Below, piece by piece: positions 14,201 through 26,363 of a DNA stretch of 64,000 nt. Each line of letters begins with the position of its first letter. Positions within the stretch are counted from its first letter, which is position 1. The translations under genes were made by a program, and so were the position numbers. The notes below the pieces were generated by a model. The model did no database searches and was not told where the DNA came from. It was given only the letters and a program-made list of their open reading frames with translations. This DNA is from Ophelia neglecta (lineage: Eukaryota), in contig OZ260664.1 of assembly GCA_965285935.1 (NCBI GenBank), positions 23,932,001-23,996,000 on the forward strand, read 5' to 3'.

Positions 14201-16245
14201 CCCTACATCGGTCCATCTTCCCCAACATGGCTTACTGCCTCGGGCTATTAACATTACTTCTAACAGTGTTTGGCACTTAAATCGGACATCGGCTAAGATG
14301 AAAACCCGCCACGTGTGCTGGCCATTTAGCAGGATTGCCCAAAGACGGACACAGGGAACCGCACAAAGGAAAGCCGACTCTCTGGAGGTGAGAAGTTGGC
14401 GAAACCCTAGCCAAATCAAACGCATGGAGGGGATGCACCCGTACAATTGTCCGAGCCCACCGGTCACTGACCATGTCACGCGCACCTCCTAAATGGGAGA
14501 CCCGGTCGTCTGGGTCTTAACTTCTGAAAAATGATATTCCATTACACCACGAACAATATGCTGAAAGATGAACCCAATACCTTTGAAAAGTGAATATAAA
14601 TACTAAAATATTGGCCCTTGAAAGATGTGGTGAACAGTTCGTTTGAATGTGGCATGGGCGTTTGTTCCCGATGACCTATTTTGCATATCGGCATACGTTC
14701 TGAGATGGACTTTCAGAACAGACAAGTAAACAGCTAAAAGAGTCCATTGGGGTCGACTTTCATGGAGAAGTACCACCCAGGAAGACCTTTATTCACCCAT
14801 CTGAAAAAAGGATAAAATTTGGCATGATCAACCATTCAACATGTTATTTCGGTTCTCTGGGACACTCCGGATGAGATCACATTTGACCCAAGTTCAGCTA
14901 GCAAACAAATGAGAGTATTTGACAAGTTTTATTTTTATCTCCCACACAGGCCCATGAAGCCATATTGCATACTTATCATGTGGTAGTTTGGATAGCCATA
15001 TTGATTTAAAATGCGATCCCCTTAATCACACGAAAACAATGGTTTCGCAGTTCAAACATATACTTATATTAGGACTATCATATGGGCTAAGTTCTCCGTT
15101 GTGTTGATTTTCCGTCAATGGTTATCATGCAGCTCGGCTCGCGCTTATGATTGTCCACGTCTATATTAAAGGATTATAAGGTATAGCTTATCCCGAAGCG
15201 TGATGGACAAAAAGTTCCAAATTAAAGAAACTAAATTGTTCGGCGTATAGGGGACTCAATGAATAGCTCTAAATGCAAGTGCGTTTTGATGAAGAAACTC
15301 CTGGTCCCCTTTTAAATCGTCTATAATGACTTGCCTGCAAACTCCCGAAAGAAGAAAATAAACACACCCAAGTTGCCATCTCTTCACATATTTATTATAT
15401 GAAGGTCAGTTCGTTTCCGCGTGTATCAGCCAACAGTTATCAACGAAAGCCGGAGAACCGAAAACAATTGGAAACATATCAGTCAATTATTCTTTAACAG
15501 TAACTTCAGGATCTATTGATCATAAACGGTTCATTTTAATTGACAGAAAATGATCGTTAGGGGATATTAAGATCAAAGGATCAGCTACCTGTCACCCTGC
15601 CAACAATTCATCAAACGCATAGTTCATGTGATAATGAGGTAAAATTGAAATTCGTTTGTTGGCCAACCTGCCAGCAGCCGACATTTGACCAGTGTAAGTG
15701 AAAGACAATAAGAAAGGAAGTCCTCTTGAACACGTGCTGGTTACGTCTGCTCTGCTTCATGTCTACAATACATCTAGTCCAGTGTAATTTCAAGTGTACC
15801 TAAACTGTTAACGCTGTTCGGAAATAAGGTGATATAAGGAGACTGCAATTGTCACAGAGGCATTGTGGCCAATAATCACCTAATTTGATGACGCAGTCCG
15901 TTGAAGTTATTGAATAACTCTAAAGACATTGTCGGACGTGAGTTTCTTGGCATATTATAATCAAGTCATTGTGGAACATTTGCAGCAACCACACGTTGCA
16001 CATGTTGTTTTGACCGCTAGGCTACGCAGGCAGTTTCTCGCACTTTCCTGATGAAATGCTTATGTAAATAGGATCCATAATCTTCTGTCTTTATTAAATA
16101 TAAACCCATTTTTGTGGATTTGCGCTGCGAGGCCTGACGTTGCTACCAGGCGACACAAAAATAGGAGATTTTTTGCCATCTTGTTCTATATATCTAGGCA
16201 GAGGGGACATTCAAACATAGGCCTATATAAGGCCCATGAGTGAGG

Positions 16246-16495
16246 CCTGGGGGGGGGGGGACTGCCATCTATATATGCTCCACTGTAAAGGGGGAATTTT
16301 TATGTCTTACAATCTATAAAACATAGCCCCAACCCCTGCCTTTTTGATTGGGTGCTATATAATAGCCGCCAATATTTTGCTTTTGCAATAAGAAGCCAAG
16401 TTCTAAAATGGACCAATTTTCCGGCACATTTTTAAAATCAAGCCGTTTTTCATTTTGAATGCTATAATAAAGAGCTTCAGTTTTAGTGCCCCCGC
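16246..16495. mobile_element. Degenerate poly-G-ended MITE
   Basis: cctgg(g)n-actgcc start, gtgcccccgcc end; layout resembles the 2443-2808 family; no TSD. Confidence 0.35.
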
Positions 16496-18949
16496 CTATC
16501 AGTATCAATAAAGAGGACGTTTTTCTTTTTCTTAATTGTGTTCTAAAGCATATACACAGCAAAGCAAGGTCAACATAGAATCATACACAAGGAAGTCCTT
16601 TAACGGATAGGACATTTAGCTGTACTACCATAGCAGTCTGCACACTTGTTGTGTTTTGTTCTGAACAAGCACCTACTTGACCTTTTAATTGGACGCCAAA
16701 GGTAAGGATGGAGGCATAGAGACGGAAGGAAACAAATTAAACTTGTGATATAATTCTGGCTTGCTCTTACTCCAATTTAGATATGGTTCAACAGCCAATG
16801 ATTAAGCCAGCCTAATATCGTAACCATTAAATGTAGAATAAGAATGACTAACAGAATCATAACTTATTACGTCACGCCGTTTTATAGTATTATAATAGCT
16901 ACTGTCAATATCTTTCGAGGTCCCCATTTGACACTTGATTAAGAAAACAAATACCAAACTTTGTTAGAGACCTCTGTTAGAGAACAGCCTGGATGTCAAT
17001 GTGATGAGTGTAGGATGCGTGGGTGCTGATTAATAGCCATTATTTACAGTTATAATTGACAGTACACATACAAACACTCGCTAAACGAGTTCTCCTCTGT
17101 TCGGACGGCACGACCGTCATTGACAGAACTACGGTTGGTGTATTCAGCCTCAACTATACTACCATATACATGTTTTTTCAAAAGAACGATAGTACCCGAT
17201 ACGGTTTATTTCTGCTTGACTTTCTGCCAGGTGCAGGTTTAGACACACGCTCGTTTATAAATGGTTGCGATAATTATGACGAATTCGATATAAATTACAA
17301 GAATTCTTTTCTTACTGGAACAATAAGACAGCGTTTGGAAGAAGAAAAAGGTATGAGAAACCCGTGTAATGTTTAAATTATTACACCTTGAAACAAGTGT
17401 GGGTGGTCACAATTTTGCCTGTTTTTTTTTAAAGTTTTTTTTAGTTTCCACAAACAAAAGCACGGAGTTGCATAAACTATCATTCCAACATTTTTGATCT
17501 GCAGAGGAACGGATGTACTATGCATGCAAGGGTTTTAATATTTACATTGTTATCATAGCATTTAGAGATATATTGTAACCTTTAAGTTCTGGACATATCA
17601 GTAATGAAAAATAAAACCGCTCGTACACGACATGATAAACAAAGAATTAAGGAGAGAACACAGTGTAATTGTTGCTTATTGATCCGCCGTCCAAATCATA
17701 TGCAGATGTGTAAGTCGGGAATATTACTGCAAATATACAGGAGCTACATGTTTTTGAAAGGTCGTCCGAGTCATATTAAGTGTAGTGACCCAAAATGGTA
17801 TTTTTAAATGGCTTGTTGATCATGCTGTATGTTTATGATGGAAATGTTATCAATGTTGGAATATCATGAAATGTGTATTTCGTTTAACGAATTGTCCCGT
17901 TGGTGGATACACTTTCTGGCGTTATCCTTTTCTTATACATGTATACTGTGATCTCTTGGATGTAGGGACACCTCTGCGTCCAAGCAAACGTTTCCCACAA
18001 TAGCAAATGTTCCTTCATCAGAGGGACATTAACATGGGACAGATAGGACATGGGCATTGAAAAACGTCCTGTGGTCGGAGGGAGTCCCTTCATCGGAGGG
18101 TCCTTTCATCCTAGGGACCAATGTAGTCTATTTTCATGTGTAAAGCTTAATATGTTGCAAAAGTGCTATTCGCCATTTAATCGATTAAGAATTAATGACT
18201 CCATTCCCGCCTTTGGAATTTCGTGTGTGTATTGAATAAAATCATTTCCTGCTTATTATTAATTAGTGCCTATCCATTTGAGTTTCTACGTTAAAGAGAC
18301 AGGCCCGGAAGGTTTTTACTTTTATGTGTACACCATGTATTTGACATGAACATTGATGCTGTTTAGATTTATTAACTCACAGTTATGATTTAGTCTTTAT
18401 CGGACCATGCCGAAAATCATCCCGGGGTTACCCAGCTTCGGGTGACCTCGCAACCCGCCAGGGGTCGCCGGGTAATCCGACCTATACTACGTCATTGCCC
18501 GGGTTTTCCTTATTTGAAAAATAACTTAAGTTTGGTTTAAACATATTTATTGGGATTGAACTTATAGCGCCAGGCTTATGGAGCTGTCTTTCCTTAATGA
18601 CAATACAGATTAACAATAAATAACGAGGTGGAAATAACGTAATTACGGACGAACAAGAATTATTAATTGAAGGAAGTCACATAGAAAAGAGAGATGAATT
18701 ACATTTTTTTAAAGTTTCTGCCTACGGAAATTGCGATACTTGTGATGTTGGATTTCAGTGTAAACCAATTGTGCCATGAGTTCAAAATTGTTTAATTGTA
18801 TAAATTGAAATATTATTTTCATCTCCAACAAAATTGAAACGTAGGAAGCAATATGTTCTGTGTCAAATATATATTGGCCTGTCAAACGACCCTTTGCAAG
18901 AAAATACCATGCTTTGCTCTATGGCAAACTTTATTCATTTCAACATAGA

Positions 18950-20091
18950 AGATTGCCAAAACAAACGTCCGTTTCCGAATGTAATGATAGGTCTTACTGC
19001 TTGAATAACACAAACAAATACTAGACAAGAAACACTGGTTGCCCACGACTTTCAAACTCTGCAGTGTACGTTAAGTACCAGAAGGGTTCTTCCTCCTTGA
19101 CTGTAAACGTACGGGAAGTGACTCCGACAAGGTCAAACGTTATCCTATCACCATACGTCATTAAGTGTCGGCCCCTTGTTTTGCCCAAGAACACGGTGAC
19201 ATTACCGTTCCCAAAACGTCTGTACATTCAAACATATTTCGTAGATTTTCCTTCACGGGAATTTTCGATTTTTTCCTATTTTCGTTCAGGTTATAAACGT
19301 TTGTCTTATCGCTTGGGTCTTTTCATCATTGCCTCGCTCTTTTTGCTTTGAGTTGAGTCTTGAGCAAGCCTATTTAATACCTAGCCACGGCTACTCGCCC
19401 AACATCAGGTCGATGACATGCGAGGGGATGTAGGCCCGGGCCGAAAGATGGGGGCCGTTTCTATGCAGAAACACACCGTGTTTCATGTCTCGGAGATACG
19501 TGAACTGCGATATCCAATAGGCTATGTTACCAGTGTGAGGACATAACCGGTATCCTAAAATGACAAGAACAATAGGCCTATACTTCTCAAGACAACATCA
19601 ACATGAACAGGAGTCAAGTTCTTATAAGGGAAGAAAAAATGCCGACAACTGACAGCTTCTTGAAAATAGTGTGTTAACTGGGACTAATATACATTCATAC
19701 TAGTCCCAGGTGTTAATTAATATTGCTACATTACAACCGACCAGGATGTATCCGACTGCATGCGCGCTGATTCACCGCTGGTGCGGGTTTCGGACATCGA
19801 TCTCGGTTAAACACACGAATACGCACAACAGATAATCGTCAATGCATTATTTAGTAGGATATAATGTGTCGGTTTAATATGCTGACTGGTGTACTTGAAG
19901 GCAAGTGTACAATAGTACAAAATGTCTACAAGATGTGGTATTCTAACTATCCTACCCTCATCTGTCGTCTGTCTTCTAGTCAGACGCCGTCAGACAAGGT
20001 CCCTTCCTTGATGTTAAACTATACCCACTTGGCTATATCCTCAGCAGTAGAGACACTGCCTCCAGGACTTGAGATGGTGCCATAAAAAGCC
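18950..20091 (-). pseudogene. Decayed paralogue of the beta-lactamase-like gene (equivalents of exon 5 and the last exon)
   Basis: Exon 20091-19956 (136 nt, same size and phases as exon 5): AFYGTISSPGGSVSTAEDIAKWV*FNIKEG. Exon from 19554 (same phase-1 acceptor): GYRLCPHTGNI...NGP...VIDLMLGE*PWL...KYV*MYRRFGNGNVTVF...LMTYGD...FDLVGVT...PFW. Multiple stops and frameshifts. Confidence 0.85.
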
Positions 20092-20344
20092 CTGAAAACG
20101 GCGTTAATATCATATAAAAATGCATGTATGCTAATGTTCGCAAATCTTATAAATTATCTATAAAGGAAAAGAACCCTAAAATAGTTATTATATTTTGTCG
20201 AAAACACTTTTTCTATCAAATATTCGAAAGTATAGATGATATTGGCTTCAAGTTTTGTGTCATGATTCATGTGATAACTATATACAATCTGTGTAATAAG
20301 TTAACTAGTTAACTTTATTAATGACCTGAAAACAAATTAGTTAA

Positions 20345-20680
20345 GGGAGCGTTCATTATTTATGGCCGGGGGGGGGGGGGTAAATTTTTGAAATGAGTAC
20401 GTAAAAAAAAATTGCCCCCCCCCCTGGAAATAGGTGGGAAAAAAATTGCCCCCCCCCCAGACAGAATTTGTCTAAGTATGATCAGTTTCACTACACACTT
20501 TTGTACAATATATATTTCAAAAAAAAATTGCGCACCCTGTGAATAGACTAAAAAAAAACTGTCCCCCCCATGGAAATGGGTTGAAAAAAAACTGTCCCCC
20601 CCCATGGAAATGGGTTGAAAAAAAACTGTCCCCCCCAAATTTACCACCCCCCCCCCCGGCCATAAATAATGAACGCTCCC
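20345..20680. mobile_element. PIF/Harbinger (Tourist-like) MITE, TAA TSD
   Basis: TIR GGGAGCGTTCATTATTTATGGCCGGGGG / CCCCCGGCCATAAATAATGAACGCTCCC; TAA at 20342-44 and 20681-83; internal aaaaaactgtccccccc repeats. Confidence 0.88.
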
Positions 20681-20823
20681 TAAGTTTGTTTTGCATTATT
20701 ATTGAGGTCATATGAAACCAACTTTAAGAATGACCTGCATTATTGAGGACATATAGAACCCACTACAATCTGTGTAATAAGTTAACTAGTACTGTGTAAT
20801 AAGTTAACTAGTTAACTTTATTA

Positions 20824-21536
20824 CAGCAGAAACTCGTCACATAAAGAAAAGCAAAAAAAAAAAAAAATCCCCAAATCGGTTTGGATGCAGAAATCACAAA
20901 TCAATTTGCAGCTGACGTCACTTCCTATGAGATTGGAAGTGGCTTCCCAGTACTCTTGTAGTGCGTACATTGTAACGCTAACTAGTAGGGAAGGTATGTT
21001 CTTTGGTTATGAAATACATGATAGGTTTCGTTTTTCTTTATTTCTCGCGGTGTGCAACTTTAGGTTATTTCATTTCCCGTACTGGCATAACACAATATTA
21101 CCATATTCGAACCTTACCGCGTTTTGTGACGTCAGAGGTCAAGCGCTGGTCAGGAGTGTGCTGCCTGCCTCCGGATTTCCCATCCTGAACATCGCCGGTG
21201 CGTTGGTACTGCCGTATCAGTTTGTAAACATTGAAGAGCGATATGAATAAATTTTCCGCGAAATATTTAGGAGAATTTCCATGAATGTGAAATTGGTATA
21301 TCACTCTCCACTGGAGATCTCAGATTGGATCCCTTGTTTCAATTTAGCGCTGTTGTAATAACACGGGATTTCCCGCATCTATATATAGGTAGGCACCCGT
21401 ATACAGGTCACAGCCTGTACCCGCCAATCTCATAGGAAGTGACGTCAGCTGCAAATTGATTTGTGATTTCTGCATCCAACCCGAGTTTGGGATTTTAATT
21501 TATTTTTGCTATTCTTTATGTGATGAGTTTCTGCTG
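20824..21536. mobile_element. Non-autonomous Tc1/mariner-type element with ~113-bp TIRs, TA TSD
   Basis: CAGCAGAAACTC...CTTCCTATGAGATTGG mirrored at the right end; TA on both sides; empty-site paralogue aactttattaatgacctgaa at 20311-20330. Confidence 0.9.
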
Positions 21537-21647
21537 TAATGACCTGAACAAAAATTAGTTATGGTCGTTGTCTACCATATTCACTACCTTGCCGTATGCC
21601 ATGTCCCCCATTCTACTATTGCACGCATTCGCGGATATATACCCCTT

Positions 21648-21677
21648 GCTGTCGGCCCCCCGACAGCGTTGGCCTAG
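21648..21677 (+). mobile_element. Helitron-type 3' terminus (hairpin + CTAG)
   Basis: GCTGTCGG-cccc-CCGACAGC hairpin (21648-21667), CTAG at 21674-21677, then T. Confidence 0.55.
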
Positions 21678-22064
21678 TTTGAAAAAGACATTCAAGTGCT
21701 AGCAAATCAAAGTAGTGTTCAGCTCTAAGCATATTTCGGAGCGTATGTTTGGTTCGTATTTTGGTTAGATACAGTGTAGGTGTAGCAGTATGGCGGCCTT
21801 AATAATGACGGTGTCCTAAATACGACATATACTACTTTTATTGCGAACGTCGGGCATGGCACCCATAGAGTATTATAAGTCTAGTTCTATTTCATTCAAT
21901 GGTCTATGATTATTCGTTTAGAACGCAGTCCATATATTTGGCGAACTAAAGATTAAGTGCAGTTTGCCAAAATACAGGTAAAATCAGCCAGTAGGAAAAC
22001 CGATACTTTTAGACTTCAGTAGAGTAGAGTAAATATATGCTTCCGACCTTACAAGCTCCTCTTG

Positions 22065-22180
22065 TGTGTATCCGTACGTCCGCGGGAGGTCGTGACGTGC
22101 CATTCCTGTTTAGTGAGCTAGTAGGTCAGTCAGTGTCACTTCCGCTGAACGGTAGGGGTCGCTCAGATAGAAGATGTTGG
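22065..22180 (+). repeat. Dispersed ~115-bp repeat, copy 1 (copy 2 near 28905-29016)
   Basis: gtgtatccgta...agtaggtca.tcagtgtcac.tc.g.tgaacg.ta.gggtcgctcagatagaaga shared by both loci. Confidence 0.8.
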
Positions 22181-23214
22181 GTATTAAATCCCTCACCTTT
22201 GTTGAACATGGGTACATTGTTAAATGACAGTGGAAAGTTGAAATGCAAAAACCCATCAACTCGCATTTTCTTGTCAAAGTTTTATTTTAAAAGCAAAATT
22301 CTAAAGAAATGGAACTGCACGACAACGAATTCATCAGCTTTGATCCCCATTTCAAGCCCTAGGGATCGAGAAAATGTGACAGAACACTCTAACCCCGAAA
22401 TGCGTGTAATAAATGGTGTTGTTTTTGTATTTTCTATTGCTTATACTTAAAAATCGGCATACTACACAATTTCATCAGCCCTCTGCCGACCAGTGGGACG
22501 CCCGCAGGACTTGAGATCAGGCCATAAAAAACTATAAAAATTGTCGTACATTGTCAATAAATGCAGTCTGATTTATGAATATTTCTTATGTTTGAAAAGA
22601 ATATGTTATGGAATAAGCCGTGTTTGGGCCGTTATTTATCTAAGCAATCATTTCAAGGTGTTTTCCGCTTAAAATTGATGCTCCACACGTGAAGGATGAA
22701 AGTGAGCGATGTGAGGATTGGTGGAACTTTTTGACAGTCAAGATTGATTATCAAAAGAATAGGCCTATACAACTTCAACTGAACAACACTAAAGCACTGT
22801 TCAAAGAAAGTAAACGACAACATCCGCATGGATTTCCAGTAACCTTTTTCCTTTACTCGTTCTGTATCATCTCTGATGTAAGTAGTGACGAATTCACCTT
22901 CCTATGTGTCTCTGGTTCGGCCAACAAAAGAAGTGCGTACTTTACTCATGCCAAGTAGACCAGTAGTTTTCGGTGAGCTAGTGTTCGCCTAAGTCTTCCT
23001 GTACTTAGGCAGCTTAATCTTTTCACTTACGGTTACAAAGTGGGTACAAGCACCAAATTCGGCATGGGTGGCATTTGGGTACCTCTGACCCATATAAGGA
23101 AGGGTGCCTACGACAATGATGACCAGGAACATAAATACGGCCAAAATCAAAATGTATGATTATATTTGAATCCCACGGCCCTAAAAACATTGGTGTAGAC
23201 ACTAGACACCGAAA

Positions 23215-24420
23215 CTATATTCCCTGGGCCACCTTCTGCCAATAACTATACCCTGGGTGGGTTCTGCTTGCCTTGTTTCCCAGTCCCGTAGTCTGCAACA
23301 TATGACGTATAGTCAGAAGGAGACTTGAAGCAACTTAGGGCTCTGCCAATAACTATACAATGTTAAGCTATTTATCAATAACTATTAGCTAAGCAGCCTT
23401 AATTCTGCCAATAATTACACCTTGGGTAGCCTTCTGTTAATAACTATATATATACCCTGCAAGGGTGGGCGTCTGCCCAAAACTACCTTGGATAGCTAAT
23501 TGCCAATAACAAATTAGCTTTTAACACGTAATATTTTTTCATTGAGTCTCTATATATGTAATATATTTTGATGGTAAATATTATTCTTTGTGTCATACTT
23601 CTTTTTATATATTTTTAGATGTTGTTTCATAATTGTACAGCGCCTTTGAACAGTTCACTGGAAAGGGCGCTTTTATAAATGTAATAAATAATAAAATAAT
23701 AATAATAATAACTATACCCTGTGTTGCCTTCTGCCTATAACTATACCTTGGGTAGACATTTGCCAATAACTTCACTCTGGGTAGCCACCTTGTTATTTTT
23801 ATATCATGGGTAGCTTAACATAGGCCTACTCTACTATAAGTCGGGCGGGGAGGGGGGGGGGGACCTGTGCGATGACGTCAGAGCATCTTTGCCCACTTAA
23901 CTTTGTAATTTATGATATTTCATTAATCAACCAGTGATCGAGCATTTATTTACGGATTGTTCACTCACAAAATATGATCTTCATACAATTTTTTTCTTTG
24001 CCTTAAACGAGGTGAACGATACTGATGGTATATATTTGAGAAGGAAATTTTAAACTCTACCAATCAAATGTATTCTAACTTTCTGGCATCGCAAAATGTC
24101 CGGGAAAACTTTTATTTTTAGCACCACTGAATCGCTCAGCCAATATCCAATATCCAAAAATACATGCCTTTCCAATTAATTTTATTTTCGCTCCTAAACC
24201 AAATTTTCGCTTTCACCGCCCCGGCTTCGAGAGAAGGGTATGTAAGTTAATTCGCCTGTTCTGTTGGCAGTTCTCGGTCGGCCACCCTGTGACGTTATCG
24301 TATAAGTCCCCCCCCCCCCCCCACACACACACACACATTGGGTAGCCTTTATACAATTAAATGCACCATGGAAAGTCTTATACTGAAAACTATACCCTGG
24401 GTAGACTTCTGCCAATAATA
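23215..24420. repeat. Degenerate ~29-bp minisatellite (gccaataactataccctgggtagccttct), interrupted by other insertions
   Basis: About ten recognisable units in 23215-23815 and one at 24388-24420. Confidence 0.75.
23633..23712 (+). mobile_element. 3' tail of a CR1/L2-type LINE or related SINE
   Basis: gtacagcgcctttgaa...ggaaagggcgcttttataaat stem-loop followed by (AAT)n; a similar tail (ggcgctatataaat) lies near 39565-39615. Confidence 0.5.
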
Positions 24421-24834
24421 CAGCCTATGCCCATGACCTCCAGGGCTAGTGAAAATTTCCAATTATACATTGTTGAATTATAATACTAATGATAACAAAA
24501 TAGGCCTATAATTTACTATAAAATTGTATTTTCCTAAAATAACACGTTAAGCTTATGTTGAAAGACTGTATTGTTCTAAGAAAAGTATGTATTTCCATTT
24601 TATTTTGTTAAGTAGTGTTCCATTTCAGATCATAAATTTGTTTAGTGGCATAACTATGTCCACGATTTGAAAGGTAATTGGATTTTCAATGGTTTCTACT
24701 TAAGTTGTTCCTTTACACTTCAAGATCGGTTTAAGTTCAACTTTAGACTAAAGCTGTACTCTCATTCCTCGAGATTCGCCGATTGGAAGATGATGCATAT
24801 ACAGACTTAGATTCATCGCTGTTTCTCGGAAATG

Positions 24835-26275
24835 GGTATAGGGACAACTGGCCTACGGGTCAACTGGCCTACGGGACAACTGTCCATCAGGGTGAGACAA
24901 CTGGCCATCAGGGTGGGACAACTGGCCATGAGGGTGGGACAACTGGCCATGAGGGTGGGACAACTGGCCATCCACTGCATCAAGAAGTCAAAGCAACCCC
25001 TATCTATACATGTAGAGCTATATAGTCAGTTTATAGTGGGGGATTCCACTGTGCCATGTAATGGCCATCCAACACTCCACTGGATTTACACTGGGGCGTA
25101 TAAATAAAACAGCAATAAATATATCCAAGGGGGAGGGTACTTCCTATCTTGGTCATGGTGGGTATGCTGCAAACTAAGACCCCATTTTTGACATGTCAAA
25201 AATTTCCTAGCCCCCCTTTTTACCGTTACTCCCTCAAGACCCCTTTTTGTAACATTTTCTATGTGAAATGTATACCCCTGTGATGCTTTGAAGACACTGC
25301 ATGCACTGTATTTATCCTAGAACACTTCTACCCCCCACCCTTTTTATTAAAATATTTTAGACCCCCTTGTGGATGTGACATCTAGTAAAATTTTCAATAC
25401 CCCCAAATATTAATTAAATTAAGTTATATTATTTTTTTGCCAATTGATGAAGTAGGCCTACCCAATGTACTTGGACATGAAATATATCAAAGAAGATCGT
25501 AAGATGCAAATTGTTTTGTGAGGAATATGTGTGACCATGGCAGTCATTGTTCAGTATCTGTCAGTTACTAGGTCACTGGTGTGTGGGTGTTAAATGTTTT
25601 ATGAAAAATCAGTGGCAATATATTTATTTGTAATATTATTCATCTGTTCATCCTTGGTGATTCCGGTTCCGGTTGTAGATGTAACTCCGGCGGGGAAGAG
25701 CTCTGAAAGATGGCTGCCGTAAGGGAATGATGCGCCCTCTGTTGGTAGTAAGCATTATCATGATGATTATGTCAGATCTAGCGCTTGCTGTTATTATTAA
25801 TACCGTTCTGCGATGGCCAGTTGTCCTGCCCCGAGGCTTAGCCAATAGGCACTGGAATCACGGGTCCGAACTCTGGGCCTCAATTGCAATTGCCGCCCGG
25901 GAATTGCGGCGTGTTCAGTGGCCAGTGACCCGCCTCCGCGCGCGATGGCCACTTGTACCGCCCCCAGGTGTAGGCCACTAGCCACTGGGAACTGGGTGCG
26001 CCCGATCTCTGGGCCACGATTGCAATTGCGCTAGGGAATTACCGTGTGCGCGATGGCCAGTTGTCCCGCCCCCAGGCGTAGGCCACTATGCACTGGAAGC
26101 ACCCGATACCTGGGCCACGATTGCAATTGCGCTCGGGAATTACGATGTGTGCGATGGCCAGTTGATCCGCCGGCGATGGCCACTTGACCCGCCCCCAGGC
26201 GTAGGCCAGTTGACTCACCCGATGACCAGTTGACCCCAATGGCCAGTTGACCCGTAGGCCAGTTGTCCCTAATTC
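24835..26275. mobile_element. 1441-bp non-autonomous Mutator-like (MULE) element with tandemly repeated TIRs and 9-bp TSD TCGGAAATG
   Basis: Ends GGTATAGGGACAACTGGCCTACGGGTCAACTGGCC / GGCCAGTTGACCCGTAGGCCAGTTGTCCCTAATTC; TSD at 24826-24834 and 26276-26284; CAACTGGCC arrays at both ends; nested poly-G MITE fragment from ~25126. Confidence 0.9.
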
Positions 26276-26363
26276 TCGGAAATGAGGAGCCAGTGTCCTG
26301 CATTCCATCAAACGACGGACCATTATTATTTCTTTGCAGATCCATTGGTGTAATATTCCTTGA

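Noticed and set aside
14142-14520. GC-rich island as a possible ncRNA or SINE
   Set aside because: No A/B boxes, cloverleaf, tail or second copy in the window.
17231-17350. Exon-like 120-nt plus-strand segment (ccag|...aag|gtatga)
   Set aside because: No recognisable domain and no partner exons found.
24835-26275. CRISPR-like or coding interpretation of the CAACTGGCC arrays (ORFs 24783-26345)
   Set aside because: The spacers are not unique, the arrays are inverted about a 9-bp TSD, and the context is eukaryotic; these are transposon subterminal repeats.
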